From contig NC_087245.1 in NCBI RefSeq assembly GCF_037042905.1, positions 34,908,001 through 34,972,000 on the forward strand: a stretch of 64,000 bases of DNA, in the 5' to 3' direction. Source of the stretch: Lytechinus pictus. Its lineage: Eukaryota. The position numbers and the translations under genes were made by a program. The notes under the pieces are model-generated. The model worked only from the letters and a program-made list of their open reading frames with translations, was not told the origin of the DNA and made no database searches. This document shows, piece after piece, positions 1 to 12,632 of the stretch. Numbering within the stretch: position 1 is the stretch's first letter; each line of letters begins with the position of its first letter.

Positions 1-319
1 AACGTCTTGTTCAGGTTTTTATTCTTTTGACAAAAGATAGGAAGGAAGCAATAAAGCTGTGCACTTCTCCTTTCTCCCTTCACTTTTTTTTCTTCTCCTT
101 TTTCCCCCCTTTTTTTTTTCTTTATGGGGACGTATTTTTTGGGGGGAGAGCGACTGCCCTCACCGCCCCTGTCTATGCGTCTATACGCGCAAGGTGGTTG
201 GTTCAAGAGAGGGTCGATATGTGGTGTACTCACTATACATGATGTACAGCATGAAATGCTGAGTTGCTAATGACCTTACAGAACTCCATCTCAGTTTTTA
301 ATGATCCTTTTTTTCTGCC

Positions 320-950
320 TGAGTTTCAGGTCACATGACCAAGGTCAAAGGTCATTTAGGGTCAATGTTGGGGACCTAAGATTAAGTTTTTGAAATGTCA
401 TCATAACTTAAAAAGTATATGAACCTAGTTCCTGAAACTTGGCCATAATAAGGGTAATCAAACATTACTGAACATTCTGCCTGACTTTCAAGTCACATGA
501 CCAAGGTCAAAGGTCATTTAGGGTCAATGGACTTTGGCCAAGTTTGGGGTATTTGTTGAATTAGCATCATAACTTTGAAAGTTTATGGATCTGATTCATA
601 AAATTGTATCACTGAACATCCTGTGCGAGTTTCAGGTGACATGACCAAGGTCAAAGGTCATTAAGGTCAATGAACTTTGGCCATGTTGGAGAGAGGTAAT
701 TATTAAATTGCTGTCATAACTTTCAAAGTTCATGGATATAATTATGAATTGTGGACATAGGGGTAATCAAGTATCACTGACAAGTCTTAGGTCACATGAT
801 CAAGGTCAAATGTCATTAAGGGTCAATGAACATAGTATTGTATCATTATATGAATGGTGTTTTTTTTTTAATAATTATTTTATAGTAGTCAGCACTGCTG
901 CTTTATTGAATCGCGCAATGCAGGTGAGACTGTCAGAGGTGCTCCATTTG
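320..950 (+). mobile_element. Non-autonomous element with ~145-160 bp internal tandem repeats (Helentron/HINE-like), each unit carrying AGGTCAAAGGTCA
   Basis: Unit 'caggtcacatgaccaaggtcaaaggtcatttagggtcaatg' recurs with the motif at 342, 504, 648 and 803 (last imperfect). The 3' part (~670-900) matches a second copy at 35035-35870. Confidence 0.65.
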
Positions 951-1978
951 TTTTCCTTTTTTTATTGAGCAAAGTATCACAAATTGATTGCCAAAAAATG
1001 GCGTCATAAAGTTTTGGTGTACCGGTATTTTATGTAAGGAATTTTAGGGTTTTCTTTATCACTCATCAAATGAAATGAATTGTGAAGAATGTTTGATTAT
1101 TATACTACTCACCTCAAGCTTTAAAATAAGACCTTCCTCGCTCCCCCCTCCTCCTCTACCCTTGCCATTTTGCATTCCATCAGTCGCGGTGTTGCAAATT
1201 AACGGACTAAATTGCGCTAATTTTTTTCAGGGATGATATATACATGTACATGTAGCTCTAAATTGATACGGTACCAATTTTATGACAATATCTCTATGTT
1301 CAACTGAGATATCGAAAAAGAGTACCACCACCACCTTTTTGTGGGATTAGTTCAAGATGTGTGGCCCTACATGTGAAGTTTTTCATGATACATGTATGCT
1401 TGCAGAATCAATTTGATAATCAATTTGATATGCCCTATTTGGTATGTTATATTTTCAAAAAATTCATCTGTATGTTGCCGGCCTACACGTACATGCAAAG
1501 ATTATGTGATACCGTATACTATCTTCTTTTCAATTTTCACTGATCAATATATGTTCGATGTTTTTAAACATTTTTTTCAAGTCACTTGTGAATTGTCATT
1601 TTTCTGTTGTAAAGTAGAATCTGACCAACCTTCACTTTTTATACTAATACTACAAACTGAACAACATACAGTACGGTATTTCCTTCTTCCCCTAATATCC
1701 ATATAATTTGAGACTATCAGACTAATGTATTGTTCTGTCCTATTGTGTTGTGTCATTTATTCTCTCTGTAGGTTCCCAACGATCTTGTCCCCAATTCATC
1801 AACTCACCTCAGGATGCCACAGTGCTTCCTCTTCATCATTTGTTGCGTGTCATACTAGCATCAACCATATTAGTTGTCGGAACATTTGCATGTTACATTC
1901 GCCCTGCACTGTCAGTCAATCGCCACTCACTTTTATCCTGATTTTGCTTCACTTTCTTTTGATCTAACGCTCCAAAGA

Positions 1979-2009
1979 ATGTCATCTCATTTGCTGAGTC
2001 CACCCAAAG
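1979..2009 (+). CDS. Putative first coding exon of TMCC-like gene (exon 1772-2009; encodes MSSHLLSPPK, phase 1)
   Basis: Acceptor tctctctgtag|1772 and donor aaag|gtacgt at 2010. ATG at 1979 gives a phase-1 end that joins exon 23185 in frame (G+AT = Asp). No homology evidence for this short peptide. Confidence 0.45.
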
Positions 2010-2102
2010 GTACGTGATACAAAGTTTTCTCTAACACCTATTTTGTTTGCTTGTGTTTTGTTTGCTTGTCCAAGAAATTTGCAGTGCAAATAAATAGATA
2101 AT

Positions 2103-2717
2103 GGGTCAGATGCATAAAATGCTTGTGCTTGAAGCATTTGCTGCCAGCAAGTGCTTCAAGCACAAGCAACGCAATGGCTAGCCAAGCAGAAGGTCATGAT
2201 TTAGCAATTGCTTTATTTCATATGCATAACCCTTTGCTTGTGCTTAAACCATTTTTTTGCCTTGTGAAAGCAATTGCTAGTCGTTTGAACAACAGTGACA
2301 TGTATCACGCTTGTGCAAACAGTACTCACAGAACAAAGGCGGAAATCAAATCTTTTCCTTAGACGTGGTGTAAAAGTAACTTGTTTCTAATTAATAGTTG
2401 GCATTCAAATTGCACTTACAAGGAAGAAAACATGGCTCTGTACATCTTAGGTTATATAGAGAACATGATTTTAAGACTCAAATGTCCTGATCAAGCCTAA
2501 AATAAACTCAAGCAAATGCTTAAAAGCACAAGCAAACTGTTTGCCTTTTTTAATATGCAAACGCTTCTTAGCAATAGCTTAAGAGGAAGCAAATGCTAGC
2601 GGGCAGTTAGCAGTAGCTTGAGCTTACTAGCAAAAGCATTTGCTCATTCATTTTTATGCATACGGAATCAAGCAAAAGCCTGGCAAAAGCAATTGCTACT
2701 TTTTATGCATTTGACCC
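2103..2717. mobile_element. PIF/Harbinger-type MITE
   Basis: TIR gggtca(g/a)atgcataaaa (16/17), 3-bp TSD AAT/AAT, internal agca/tgct-rich repeats. Confidence 0.75.
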
Positions 2718-2903
2718 AATGCCACATCCAATTTTCTTATTTTTTAATTCAACAAAAATCATTCATTTTCATGACAACATGATGTAAAGTGGTTTGATAG
2801 CATAAAGCTCTTTTCAATATAATATTACAAAATACAATGCGAGAGAGCTCGAGAGCTTACATGTATGCATAGATCCATTTGGCATGTCTTTTACTGTGAT
2901 TGT

Positions 2904-3049
2904 ATTGCGCAATAATTCACTGTGCCGTATTCGCGCTCGTCTTCTACACATGAAAACACCAGCGAACCCGTCACCATGTACGTTAGCTGGTGTCTTCAGC
3001 TATGTGTAGGAAACGAACACGAATATGGTACAGCGAATTATTGCGCAAT
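2904..3049. repeat. ~48-bp-arm inverted repeat (palindromic TE remnant)
   Basis: attgcgcaataattcactgtgccgtattcg... pairs with ...cgaatatggtacagcgaattattgcgcaat. Confidence 0.7.
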
Positions 3050-4225
3050 TGGTGTAACAGCCTACGAACGTTTTTCTTGTATGGTACTACGTAATTGTTG
3101 CTTATTTCAGTTATTAGTGAAAACTTGCAGAGACTAGTACAGCATTTTCTCTCTTGGAGCCATTCTTTTCTACATGCTGAAGGTATTGATCATTTTTAAT
3201 TAGTGTAGTTTGTAGTGTAGTTTTGATGCACACCGAAAGTACATGTACCAATAGGACATATCAATGATTAATGAGGCGATCTCTTAGGGCTATTCCTGAT
3301 CTTCAAATTGGCTTCAAAAGCTCTGATCAAGGTACTTTATGCGGAATGTACATATTTTTGTGTGGGCAGGCGATCGCGAGCCAGTAAATAAATCAAGTGC
3401 GCATTGTGCATGTGCACTCGCGCCAGTGCCAACGACACATGTGATGTGAGGGACCAAAATGGTGAGCTTTTCAATGATTAGCTGATGTATTGTACTTTGC
3501 GTTAAGAAAGATCACTAGTAGAAGTAAAGACACAGCATTGGAAGTCTTTGAGTTGACTTAAGATGACAAATAAGTCAGAAAAATTTAAAATATTTTTTTA
3601 ATTTTTTTTAAAAGTTCATTTATTTGACATCCTTTAAAAACATATAAACATATGTACAAGTATACAACAACAAAGGAGTAAAAGAATTTAAATCACAGTA
3701 TAAGCAATAAAAAAATGGTAGAAATATAAAAGAAATGAAAATAAAATGTAGCGGATGTAGGAAGTCAGAAAGGCCATTGACCTGTCAAAGCCGACTCCCT
3801 TGATTACTACATTATGGTACGATTAAAAACACAAATAGAATAGTGGCCAAAAAAAAAATATTACAAGTAGCTACACAAATAATATGTTATCCCTGTCTGA
3901 CAGTAAATCTCCATTTATCCAAAACTGTCAAATTGAAAACGGTTAGTGGCATGGGTGGTCATTTACTGGATGGAAAAATTAGTTATTGTTTTGCTTAATG
4001 ATGCTGTGTACATCTATTTATTTTTGCTGTTTACAGACATACATGTTCTTTTGCATAGCTGTTTTTTATTTCAAAGATATGCACTAATTTTTTGTTTTTG
4101 TTTTGTGATTTGCTGTGATTTTTTTAAATGCTATTACACTGTTATAATTCTCTCATTGAGCATGGGATGGCGTAATATGTACTGACTTTATCAAATCAAA
4201 GGCTGACTAGGCTATCAGTATCATA

Positions 4226-4650
4226 GGCCCGAATTCACAAAGGTGGTTTTGAAAACCCACGGTTGAGTCCATGGTTTGTGCAGATTTCCTGTATAAATTA
4301 CGCTTAATTTAGCGCGTATCGGGCGCGTGTATAAAAAATGTAAAATGCTGATGCGCGCTTTGGTCACAGTGCGCCAAATTGACGCCTGTTACCATGGTTA
4401 AATATGCTATTTCATTAATGAGTCCACTGTTTTTATTCATGAGTCCACTCTTCAAACAGTGGACTCCTGAATATAATAGCCTATCTAACCATGGTAACAG
4501 GCGTCAATTTGGCGCATTGTGATAAAAGAGCGCATCAGTATTGGACATTTTTCAACATATGCGGTAAAATAAGTGTAATTTATACAGGAAATCTGCATAA
4601 ACCATGGACTCAACCGTGGGTTTTCAAAACCACCTTTGTGAATTTGGGCC
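4226..4650. mobile_element. Fully palindromic Harbinger-type MITE
   Basis: The element is a near-perfect foldback. TIR ggcccgaattcacaaaggtggttttgaaaacccac; flanks ATA/ATT. First 21 bp are identical to the left end of the 54482-62836 element. Confidence 0.85.
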
Positions 4651-4980
4651 ATTGAGTCAAGTTCATATTTGCTGATTCTGTGTTCAACTTCATTTTATTA
4701 TGTGAATTATTTCAGTTATTATTATTCTTACGTTTCATGCTCCCTACATTGTAATTGTGTTTCTGTTATTCTTTCGTTCTTTAATGCGCTTTGTATCTGA
4801 TGAAAAGGCGTTATATAAATGAAGTGTATTATTATTATTCTATAATTTTGGCATGGTATGTGCATGAATTCTCAATGGTCAAGTGAAATACACTTTCTAT
4901 GATTGACCCCCCCCCTGTTTTAACAGATACGATGCATGTATATGTGCACTCTACTTGATATTATACATGTATATCAAAAT

Positions 4981-5077
4981 AATGCTGATAACGCTTTGAT
5001 TGCCAATTGAGTTTTTATTGTTCACTCGAGTGAATAATAAAAACTTAATTTGCAATCAAAGCATTATCATCAGCATT
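4981..5077. repeat. Near-perfect palindrome centred on cactcgagtg
   Basis: aatgctgata..ctttgattgc..tttttattgttcactc|gagtgaataataaaaa..gcaatcaaag..tcagcatt. Confidence 0.75.
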
Positions 5078-5461
5078 TTTTGTTACATTACTGAAGCCAA
5101 TATGTGAAACTTTAAGATGTATACACAGTGCATCCAACAAAAAGGAAACCTGTATTCAGAGATAAATTTCACAATTATCAAACATGTTTTTACTATGAAT
5201 TTGATACTGATAGTAAGAGTGGAATCTCATCTTTAATTTGAGACCAACAGCTTCGCAAATTTTCACGCATGGCAAGTTACAAACAATAAAATATTGAGGC
5301 CTATCAGAAACAATTTGCGCAGAAACTCACGCAAGTATGGGAAAGTGAACTTTCATTGAAGTGGATGTAAAGTAAGTAAGTTTTATATGGAATATTATGA
5401 TTGATATATATATTTCTATTGTAGTAAATGATGATACAAAACAAACATTTTATGACCTTAT

Positions 5462-6058
5462 AGGACAATTCCACCCCAACAAAAAGTGAAATTGAATAAA
5501 AAGAGAAAAATCCAACAAGCATAACACTGAAAATTTCATCAAAATCGGATGTAAAATGAGAAAGTTATGACATTCTAAAGTTTCGCTTAAATTTTCAAAA
5601 CATTTAGATGCACATCCTGGTCAGTATGCAAATGAGGAGCCCGATGACGTCATCCACTCACTATTTCTTTTGTATTTTATTATATGAAATAAAAAATATT
5701 CTAATTTTCTCCTATTGTCAAGTGAAACGATTAATTCCTCCATGAACATGTGGAATTAGCATTGTCTAATACTATGTTTCGGTCAGGTTGGTCTTTATTG
5801 TCAAATCTGTAAAAAATGAAAAATTGTATAATTCAAACAATAAAAAACAAAAGATATAGTGAGTGAGGGACATCATCGTCTGTCTCATTTGCACGTCACT
5901 GAGTTGCGCATATCACTGTTTTGTGAAAAATAAGCGAAACTTTAAAATGTCATCACTTTCTTATTTTACATCCGATTTTGATGAAATTTTCAGCATCATG
6001 TTTTCCTGATTTTTCTCTATTTATTCAAATCAACATTTTTCTGGGGTGGACTTGACAT
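5462..6058. mobile_element. Kolobok-type (TTAA-target) MITE, family K1
   Basis: TIR aggacaa(g)tccacccc, 4-bp TSD TTAT/TTAT. Long subterminal inverted block with ctgaaaatttcatcaaaatcggatgtaaaa. Other copies at 36085, 43784, 59783, 63660. Confidence 0.8.
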
Positions 6059-6199
6059 TTATGATTATGTATGAAAGATTCAATTAATACTAAGACATAC
6101 ATGTATATTAACAAGTATGCTAGTATATGCACCCTTGATATTTATTACAATCATAACTCTATCAGCCCTTTACCAATAGTCAACTACTGCATATCAATA

Positions 6200-6540
6200 C
6201 TCGGTCAGAGGTCACATGGTAAGGTCAAAGGCCATTTTGAGGTCATTGTTATGACATAGCTCCGCATCTGTAAGTCACTTTTGAACCAAACTTGGGTTGT
6301 AGCTGAACTTAGGAGACCGACCTGCATGTTATTGTGTTCAGAGGTCGCATGGTAAGGTCAAAGGTCATTTCGAGGTCAACATTAAAGTTTATGTGCAAGA
6401 CTCTTATGACAAATGTTATTCCATCCCAGTTATTTTGCTAATGAACATTTGATGTACAATTCTGTTGCATGCCCTCGCAAATTACGATATTTCTGGTTAC
6501 TTTCACAAGTGTGTGAGACACAAAATCGCTTATGCCTTGT
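6200..6540 (+). mobile_element. Fragment of AGGTCA-repeat (HINE-like) element
   Basis: Two units 'cagaggtcacatggtaaggtcaaaggtcattt' ~133 bp apart. Confidence 0.5.
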
Positions 6541-7159
6541 CTGTGTTACTGATCACCAGAATGATTGATTTTGAGCTAAGATTTCATGATTTTACAAAGA
6601 TAAGTTTACATTAATGAACCAGATCTAGATGTATGATAATATTTTGACAATTAACCTTGATTTAAAAGACTTTATCTTGAAATAATTGTTTGCTGCAACT
6701 ACTGTCTTTTACCTTTAAGATAAAAAAAATGACATCACTATTAGTAAGCCTACCATAAGGCCTTATCATGACCAACATGCTCTCGTGTTAACTTGCAAAC
6801 CTTTGTTCTGACACCTGCTTGAGTAGGCTTCCTCTACGAGAGCAAATTTGAAGACGTTTCAAAACTCAATCGTCTTCAATGTCGCATTTGTACCGTATTT
6901 CTGAAGGTCATAACATCTGAGCTGATTGCATTTCCAATGCATCTTTTGCAACATTTAAATTCATGATTTGAAAAACGTTGACTTTTATGACCGCGAAAGA
7001 AGGACATTGAACACACTCTTTGTTTCTCATTATATTCATATTTCGTAACAACATTTTCAATCATGATTGAAAATGCTGTTTAAATTTGGAAACCGATATT
7101 GAACACACCCTATTAGTCTTAATTGGGTGAAATGAATGAAAATAAAATGGATATTACAT

Positions 7160-7335
7160 TGTAGACCAACTAGTTATCAGACGAAGTGGTCATAGACGAA
7201 CTGGTGATTGGACAAAGTGATGATTGGACCGAATGGTTTTGGACAAAATGATTATTAGACAAAATGTTGATGGATGGAATGGCATGGTAGACTAGATGAA
7301 GGTGTAGATCATGACTGTGATGAGTGGACGAGTTG
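7160..7335 (+). repeat. Degenerate ~15-16 bp tandem repeat (tagaccaantgg...)
   Basis: Repeated tagac/tggac-NAANTG units; a reverse-oriented relative lies at ~13500-13640. Confidence 0.55.
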
Positions 7336-7615
7336 GCGAATTCCCCAAGCCATTAGGGTTTCAATCGTCTTCATAACAAATCATTAGTCTGATAGCCTGC
7401 TAAATATAGACTCCACAATGTAGCTTTAGCTTTTAAATCTGGAATGTTTTAAGTCTGTGATTGAAAACAAAATTTATGTGAGCTAGTTCACAGCTAAAAA
7501 AAATGCATGGAACGCAGGTCCCAGAACTTATTGAAAATTCCCTATTGGTAGTGTACATGTAGTTTTACTCTATTGAACCCATGGGCATGGGCCCGTATTC
7601 TGAAGTTGGGTTTAA

Positions 7616-8010
7616 AGGTAAATGCTAGTTTTGGTAACGATATCAAAATGAGTTCGTACAGAATCCAATGAAATGACCACCAAAGTGTCTGTTTGTATAA
7701 ATAAAACGTATGTGCCAAAGGATTCTGGAAGAAATCGTGTAATTGCTGAGAAATCAGCAAATAAGCACAGGATTCGGGTAGAGCGTCGGGCCCGACGCTC
7801 AAAGCAATATTTATACACAGTCCCACGTGCGCTTATCTGTGTTGGGGAAGTTCAGTCTGAACATTTTTCAGCGTAGATTTCAAGATTTCACAAAGTTCAG
7901 TTTATGTAACTGTACCAGATCTAGATCCTCGATGATATACTGACAATTAAGCCTGGTTTTACAGACTTTCTCATGAAATCAGTGTTTACTGCAACTACTG
8001 GAATTTCTCT
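7616..8010. mobile_element. Kolobok-type MITE, family K2 (nested)
   Basis: TTAA at 7612-7615 and 8011-8014; imperfect TIR aggtaaatgctagt/agagaaattccagt. Related copies at ~6545-6715, ~33598-34272 and ~38178-38572. Confidence 0.8.
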
Positions 8011-8282
8011 TTAACTTAGACCGTGGTCTAACTCTGCTAAAATTATGGGAAGCCAAAAGTGTCAAAATTTTTATTATTAAATTGTAGGTTTAATGTTTTG
8101 TATGTTTACTGTGCTCTTTCCTGATTCATCGATGGTGAAGACAATCATCTATTTATACTTCCTGGACAATTATGAATGATTTGAGAGAAAAATGAGCTGA
8201 AATATATGATATCTCTACTGTTACTGATTTATTTAACAATTGGCTATCCATACTTAAACCACAACTTTAAACCTGAGTTTAA

Positions 8283-8866
8283 AGGGGAATGAAACTCTTG
8301 GAACAAGTTAGCTTTTGTGAAAGCAGAAAAATCAAAGAATAATATCAACAAAAGTTTGAGTAAAATAGGACTAGCAATAGAAGAGTTATGAGCATTTGAA
8401 TGTCGAGATCACTAATGCTATGGAGATCCTCCCATTGGCAATGTGACCAAGATCTATGATGTCACTGATAAACAACTCTCCCCTTTTGGACACTGAAAAT
8501 ATACCCCAAAACATATATTTTTGCTCATTCTTATCATATGACAAACGATTCATCAATGATATAATGTTGTGAAACCTCTGTACTTGTCCTCTCATAAAGA
8601 GAACACCTCACCTTGTGATAGACTCTATAAAAATGAGAATATAAGTGAAATAAGTACTAAAGTAATGAGGGAGTTGTACGTGTGTGACATCACAGATCTT
8701 GGTCGCATTGCCAATGGGAGGATCTACATGGCATTAGTGATCTCAATATTCAAATGCTCATAACTTTCTTATTATTCATTCAATCGTCCTCAAATTTTCA
8801 ACAATATGTTTCTTTGATTTTTCTCTTTGATATGGATTCAGCTGGTTTCAAGGGTTTCATTCTCCT
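8283..8866. mobile_element. Kolobok-type MITE, family K3 (nested)
   Basis: TTAA at 8279-8282 and 8867-8870; TIR agg(g/a)gaatgaaac; long internal inverted arms. Confidence 0.85.
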
Positions 8867-9584
8867 TTAAGTTAAACCCGACTTCAGAATACGGGCCATG
8901 GACTGAAGTCACTGAATTTACTCAAATAAAGAAAACATTCAATTTAATTTCATTTACTTCCGCAATTCAATTTTCACAAATCAACAGCTAAATCATATGA
9001 AACCATAAAGTATTAAAAATGACATTTAAAATAGTAATAGTAAAGTATTATTGAATTTCTACACTATAAAAATGTTTTTTTTTAATCCTTGAGTTTTCCT
9101 TGGTATGCATACATGTACAAAACATGAAGAGAGTAGTACAGTGTTGACATCCACTCCTTTCTTAGAACTACTTTTTACAATCATAATAAAGTCCATAAAA
9201 ATCTTGCTTGCTCAAATCATGGACCTACTAGCAAAAATAGTGTGCTGAAAGCTGTCAGTGATGTTCTTTGTACCTACTGTATTATGATGTGAATTTTATG
9301 ATGTGTAATTTATTTCTCCATCGATACCTCCATGGTCTCGGTACAGTGCATGTAAAAAAACGTTACACTTTGAAATAATCCTTTAAAATGAATATCCTGA
9401 AGCTTTTTCCACATTTATACATTGTTATAGGCCTCTTAAATGATGACATGACTGTCAGAAAATCTTTCTGCTTGAGTGAGCACTTCCAAATGCGTGTAAA
9501 AAGTTTGTGAAAAATGATTTTCACAGAATTTGGAAATATATAATAGAAATATGATAATAGTATACAAATGATGAATGTTTATGA

Positions 9585-9740
9585 GTGCAATGGACAGAAT
9601 ACTTCATGAGGTGAAAGATGAAATGATCCATTTACATGTAACTCTGCTATGCCTCGTTGAATGGATTCATTTCATCTTTCACTGCTGAGTTGAATGGATC
9701 ATTTCATCTTTCACCTCTTGAAGTATTCCGTCCATTGCAC
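9585..9740. repeat. Inverted repeat with ~45-bp arms (palindromic TE core)
   Basis: gtgcaatggacagaatacttcatgaggtgaaagatgaaatgatcca pairs with tggatcatttcatctttcacctcttgaagtattccgtccattgcac. Confidence 0.7.
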
Positions 9741-10819
9741 GAGTGAAAATAATTTTTGTTTATATTGTTATATATACCTAAAAATAGATCCTTTTCATAT
9801 GAAATTTATGAATTTTGATGCAAAATATGCTCTTTAATTAATGCTCGTTAATTATTGCGTACGTACAACATGCGCGCTGCAAACACGAATGGTTTTACTT
9901 GTGGTGCCTGCAGTTTTGGTGCGTGCGTGCAATGGACAAAATCGTATGGATCCAAAATTGCACGATGAATGGATCCAAAATTGCATGGTTTATGACATCA
10001 TTGTAAAATGGGCTGAATGATCGATATCAGACAACCAATCAAATGGCAAGGAACTATCTAGATGCCATATAATACATGTACATGTAGTTGTTTAGTCTTT
10101 AAGTGCACATGGACTTTAGCTAAGAAGATTAAAGATATCTTTTACCTTTTAAACTTGTTTTCTTGCTCAAAACACTATATCGAGCACCAATGCCCTCTCC
10201 CCCATCCCCCATTCACCTTACATGTAACAGTGGTTCGCATGAAATAGCTAAGGTTTGATTTTTCTTCTGTTATTCCTTGTTATGCCTAGGGAAAATTGTC
10301 ACTTTGTTCGCCCTTTTCTTTTGACACATCATGTAGCATTTCTGCGAAAACTGATTTCTGCAAGCTTTACAGAAATAGATAGTGTTCACTCAAGCGTAAC
10401 ATTCTTTCTGAATTTTTACTTTCATCTGATTGATGAGACCCAAATCCAAGAATATATGAGAAAAAAATTATTCCCATCAGGGTGCTACATCACTTTTTTG
10501 AGGCACTTGTCCAGTCGGGCAAGTAAATTTTTAAAGAGTTGGAAAATACTTGCCCGAAAATATATGTCACCTGCTCGGAAATTCCTTCAAAACAAAGTTT
10601 TACGTTTACCGCTTCAAAACAAAGTATTGCAGTTTTATACATACCATTTACTTTTTTTCTTACTTTTTAAAAGGAATTGATGTACCTTCTGATTTTATCT
10701 TGGTCGTCAAGACTAAATATAGCGTAAATATGCAATTGAATTAATTTCCTCTCATCATATATATCTATGTACTCTGAAGGTGACCAAGACACAATAAAAA
10801 GGGGAATCACTGAAAATAA

Positions 10820-10857
10820 CTAAAGAAAGAAAGAAAGAAAGAGAGAGAAAGAAAGAC

Positions 10858-10888
<31 letters not shown>

Positions 10889-11470
10889 CAGAAAGAAAGA
10901 AAGAAAGAAAGGAAGGAAAGGTGAAAGAATGGATGAAAGAAAGGAAGAAAAGAGATGAAGGGAGAGTGAAGGAAAGAAAATGTGGGAAAGAAGGGATAAT
11001 TAAAAAAAATAAGGAAAGAAAAAGGTTTCCCACATTCTTTTAGAGAAAAAAAGAAAGACAGAAAAGAAAAGGAATGAAAGAAAAGAAAGAAAGAAGGGAT
11101 GACAAAAGGATGAGATTAATTGGAAAAAGAAGAAAGGAAGTAAAAGAATGTTAAGAAAAGAGGAAGGGAAGAAGTAATAATGAAGAAAATAAGGAAAGGA
11201 GAAAATGAATGAAAGAAATGAGAAAAAGGGAAAGAATGAAGAAAAAAAGGAAATGATATGGAGGAAAAAAAATACTAAAGAAGGAAGGAAAGAAATATAG
11301 GAATAACTAAAAGGAGAGGAAGTGAGAAGGAAGGAGGAATAGAAAAATTTAAGGAAAAAAATTAAGGAAAAAAGAAGAAAAAAGGGAAAGTAAGAAAAGA
11401 AAGATAGATGGAATGAAAAAAAAAGGCATGAAAGAAAGATAGAAAAAAGGATGAAGAAAAAAAGAAAGTA
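10820..11470 (+). repeat. (GAAA)n microsatellite and long polypurine low-complexity tract
   Basis: gaaa repeats at 10823-10910, followed by ~550 bp that is almost only A/G. Confidence 0.9.
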
Positions 11471-12249
11471 TCTCCTTGACATGTATCTTTTATCAATAGT
11501 ACTTGAGTGAAATCCAATCCAAACTGATAGTCATTTGATAGAGGGCATATTTTTCCTTTCAGTTACAAAGCCCTGCACACAAACTACTCCATGCTTGGGC
11601 CACTATAATTCAACACCTCAGAATATGATTATTTGAACTTGTAGCTCTACATACAATATATACTGTATTTTCTGTATTCCGAGTTGAAATTAAGAATTTC
11701 ATGTACATAAACATAAAGAGCTCTGTGATTCCACTGATACATGTACAATCAAGGAGAAAGATATATTGACATGTAGGTGGGTACCGGTACATGTACAATT
11801 ATGCAGGCCTATACGAATTAACCAGGAAAGTGGGAGTGTTCCCTAGAAGAATTTTCAATATTCTTTTCTGTACTATTTGCATGTACAGAGGAGAGAAGAG
11901 AAAGTTTGTTGACCTTGTTGTAGCCTGATAGTAAATACAGTAGTGTACAGCTGTTTATCAATGTGTATATGGATATAGGGCAGGGTGGTCATCGACGAGC
12001 TTCAAGCTCCATGGTCATTATGATCATTGAGCTCGTAGTAGCTCCAAGATGTGATGTAGTGGAGAGTTGGGTAAATAAGGCTCCCTATTTCATATTCCCA
12101 ATCATATCTTTTTATTGCATAGCAGTAGAAACATGTAAACAAATTTTTGGCATTACTCCTATTTGTTTAAGATCGCATGCTCGATCTGTAATGAAAAGGC
12201 GCTTACAATAAACTTAACTCACTACTGGTACACTTACAATTTGGCCATT

Positions 12250-12515
12250 AAATAAGTTTTCAAACTGGCCTTGAAATGTTCTACTGATCTACAGTCTTAG
12301 TTTAGTTGGAAGATTGTTCCATAGACGGGGAGCAGCTGATGCAAATGCACGATCTCCCCATGACCGTCTGGTTTTTGGAATAGAAAGATTGAGAGTAGAA
12401 GTCTTAGAAGAGCGAAGACCAGAGCGACCAGGTTTGCAAAAATCAAGAAGATATGAGATGTATTCTGGTGAAGAGAAGGTCAGTGCACGATATGTTATCA
12501 GAAGAATTTTATAGG
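12250..12515 (-). mobile_element. L2/CR1-group LINE ORF2 C-terminal fragment
   Basis: YKILLITYRAL..PEYIS.LL..LRS..L.IPKT...GDRAFASAAPRLWNNLP, followed after a frameshift by EHFKASLKTYL; this is the typical end of an L2-type ORF2. Confidence 0.85.
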
Positions 12516-12632
12516 CGAGACGACGTAAATACAATGTAAAAGCAGAAATATCAGCCACACTGATCCATTATTCTAAATGAGTATTGGAAATGCTACAGAA
12601 ATGTCAATATTCTAATACGTCAAAATTGTACA

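Larger units (their letters stand above)
7590..8897. mobile_element. Harbinger-type MITE interrupted by two TTAA insertions
   Basis: TIR ggcccgtattctgaagt(t/c)gggtttaactta is reconstituted after removing the inserts; TSD ATG/ATG. Confidence 0.85.

Noticed and set aside
7160..7335. Regularly spaced repeats (also 320-950 and 18112-19367) as a CRISPR-like array
   Set aside because: The intervening sequences are homologous to each other rather than unique spacers, there are no cas genes, and the context is eukaryotic.
10755..11482. Long F/S/L-rich minus-strand ORFs
   Set aside because: They are translations of the polypurine/(GAAA)n tract.
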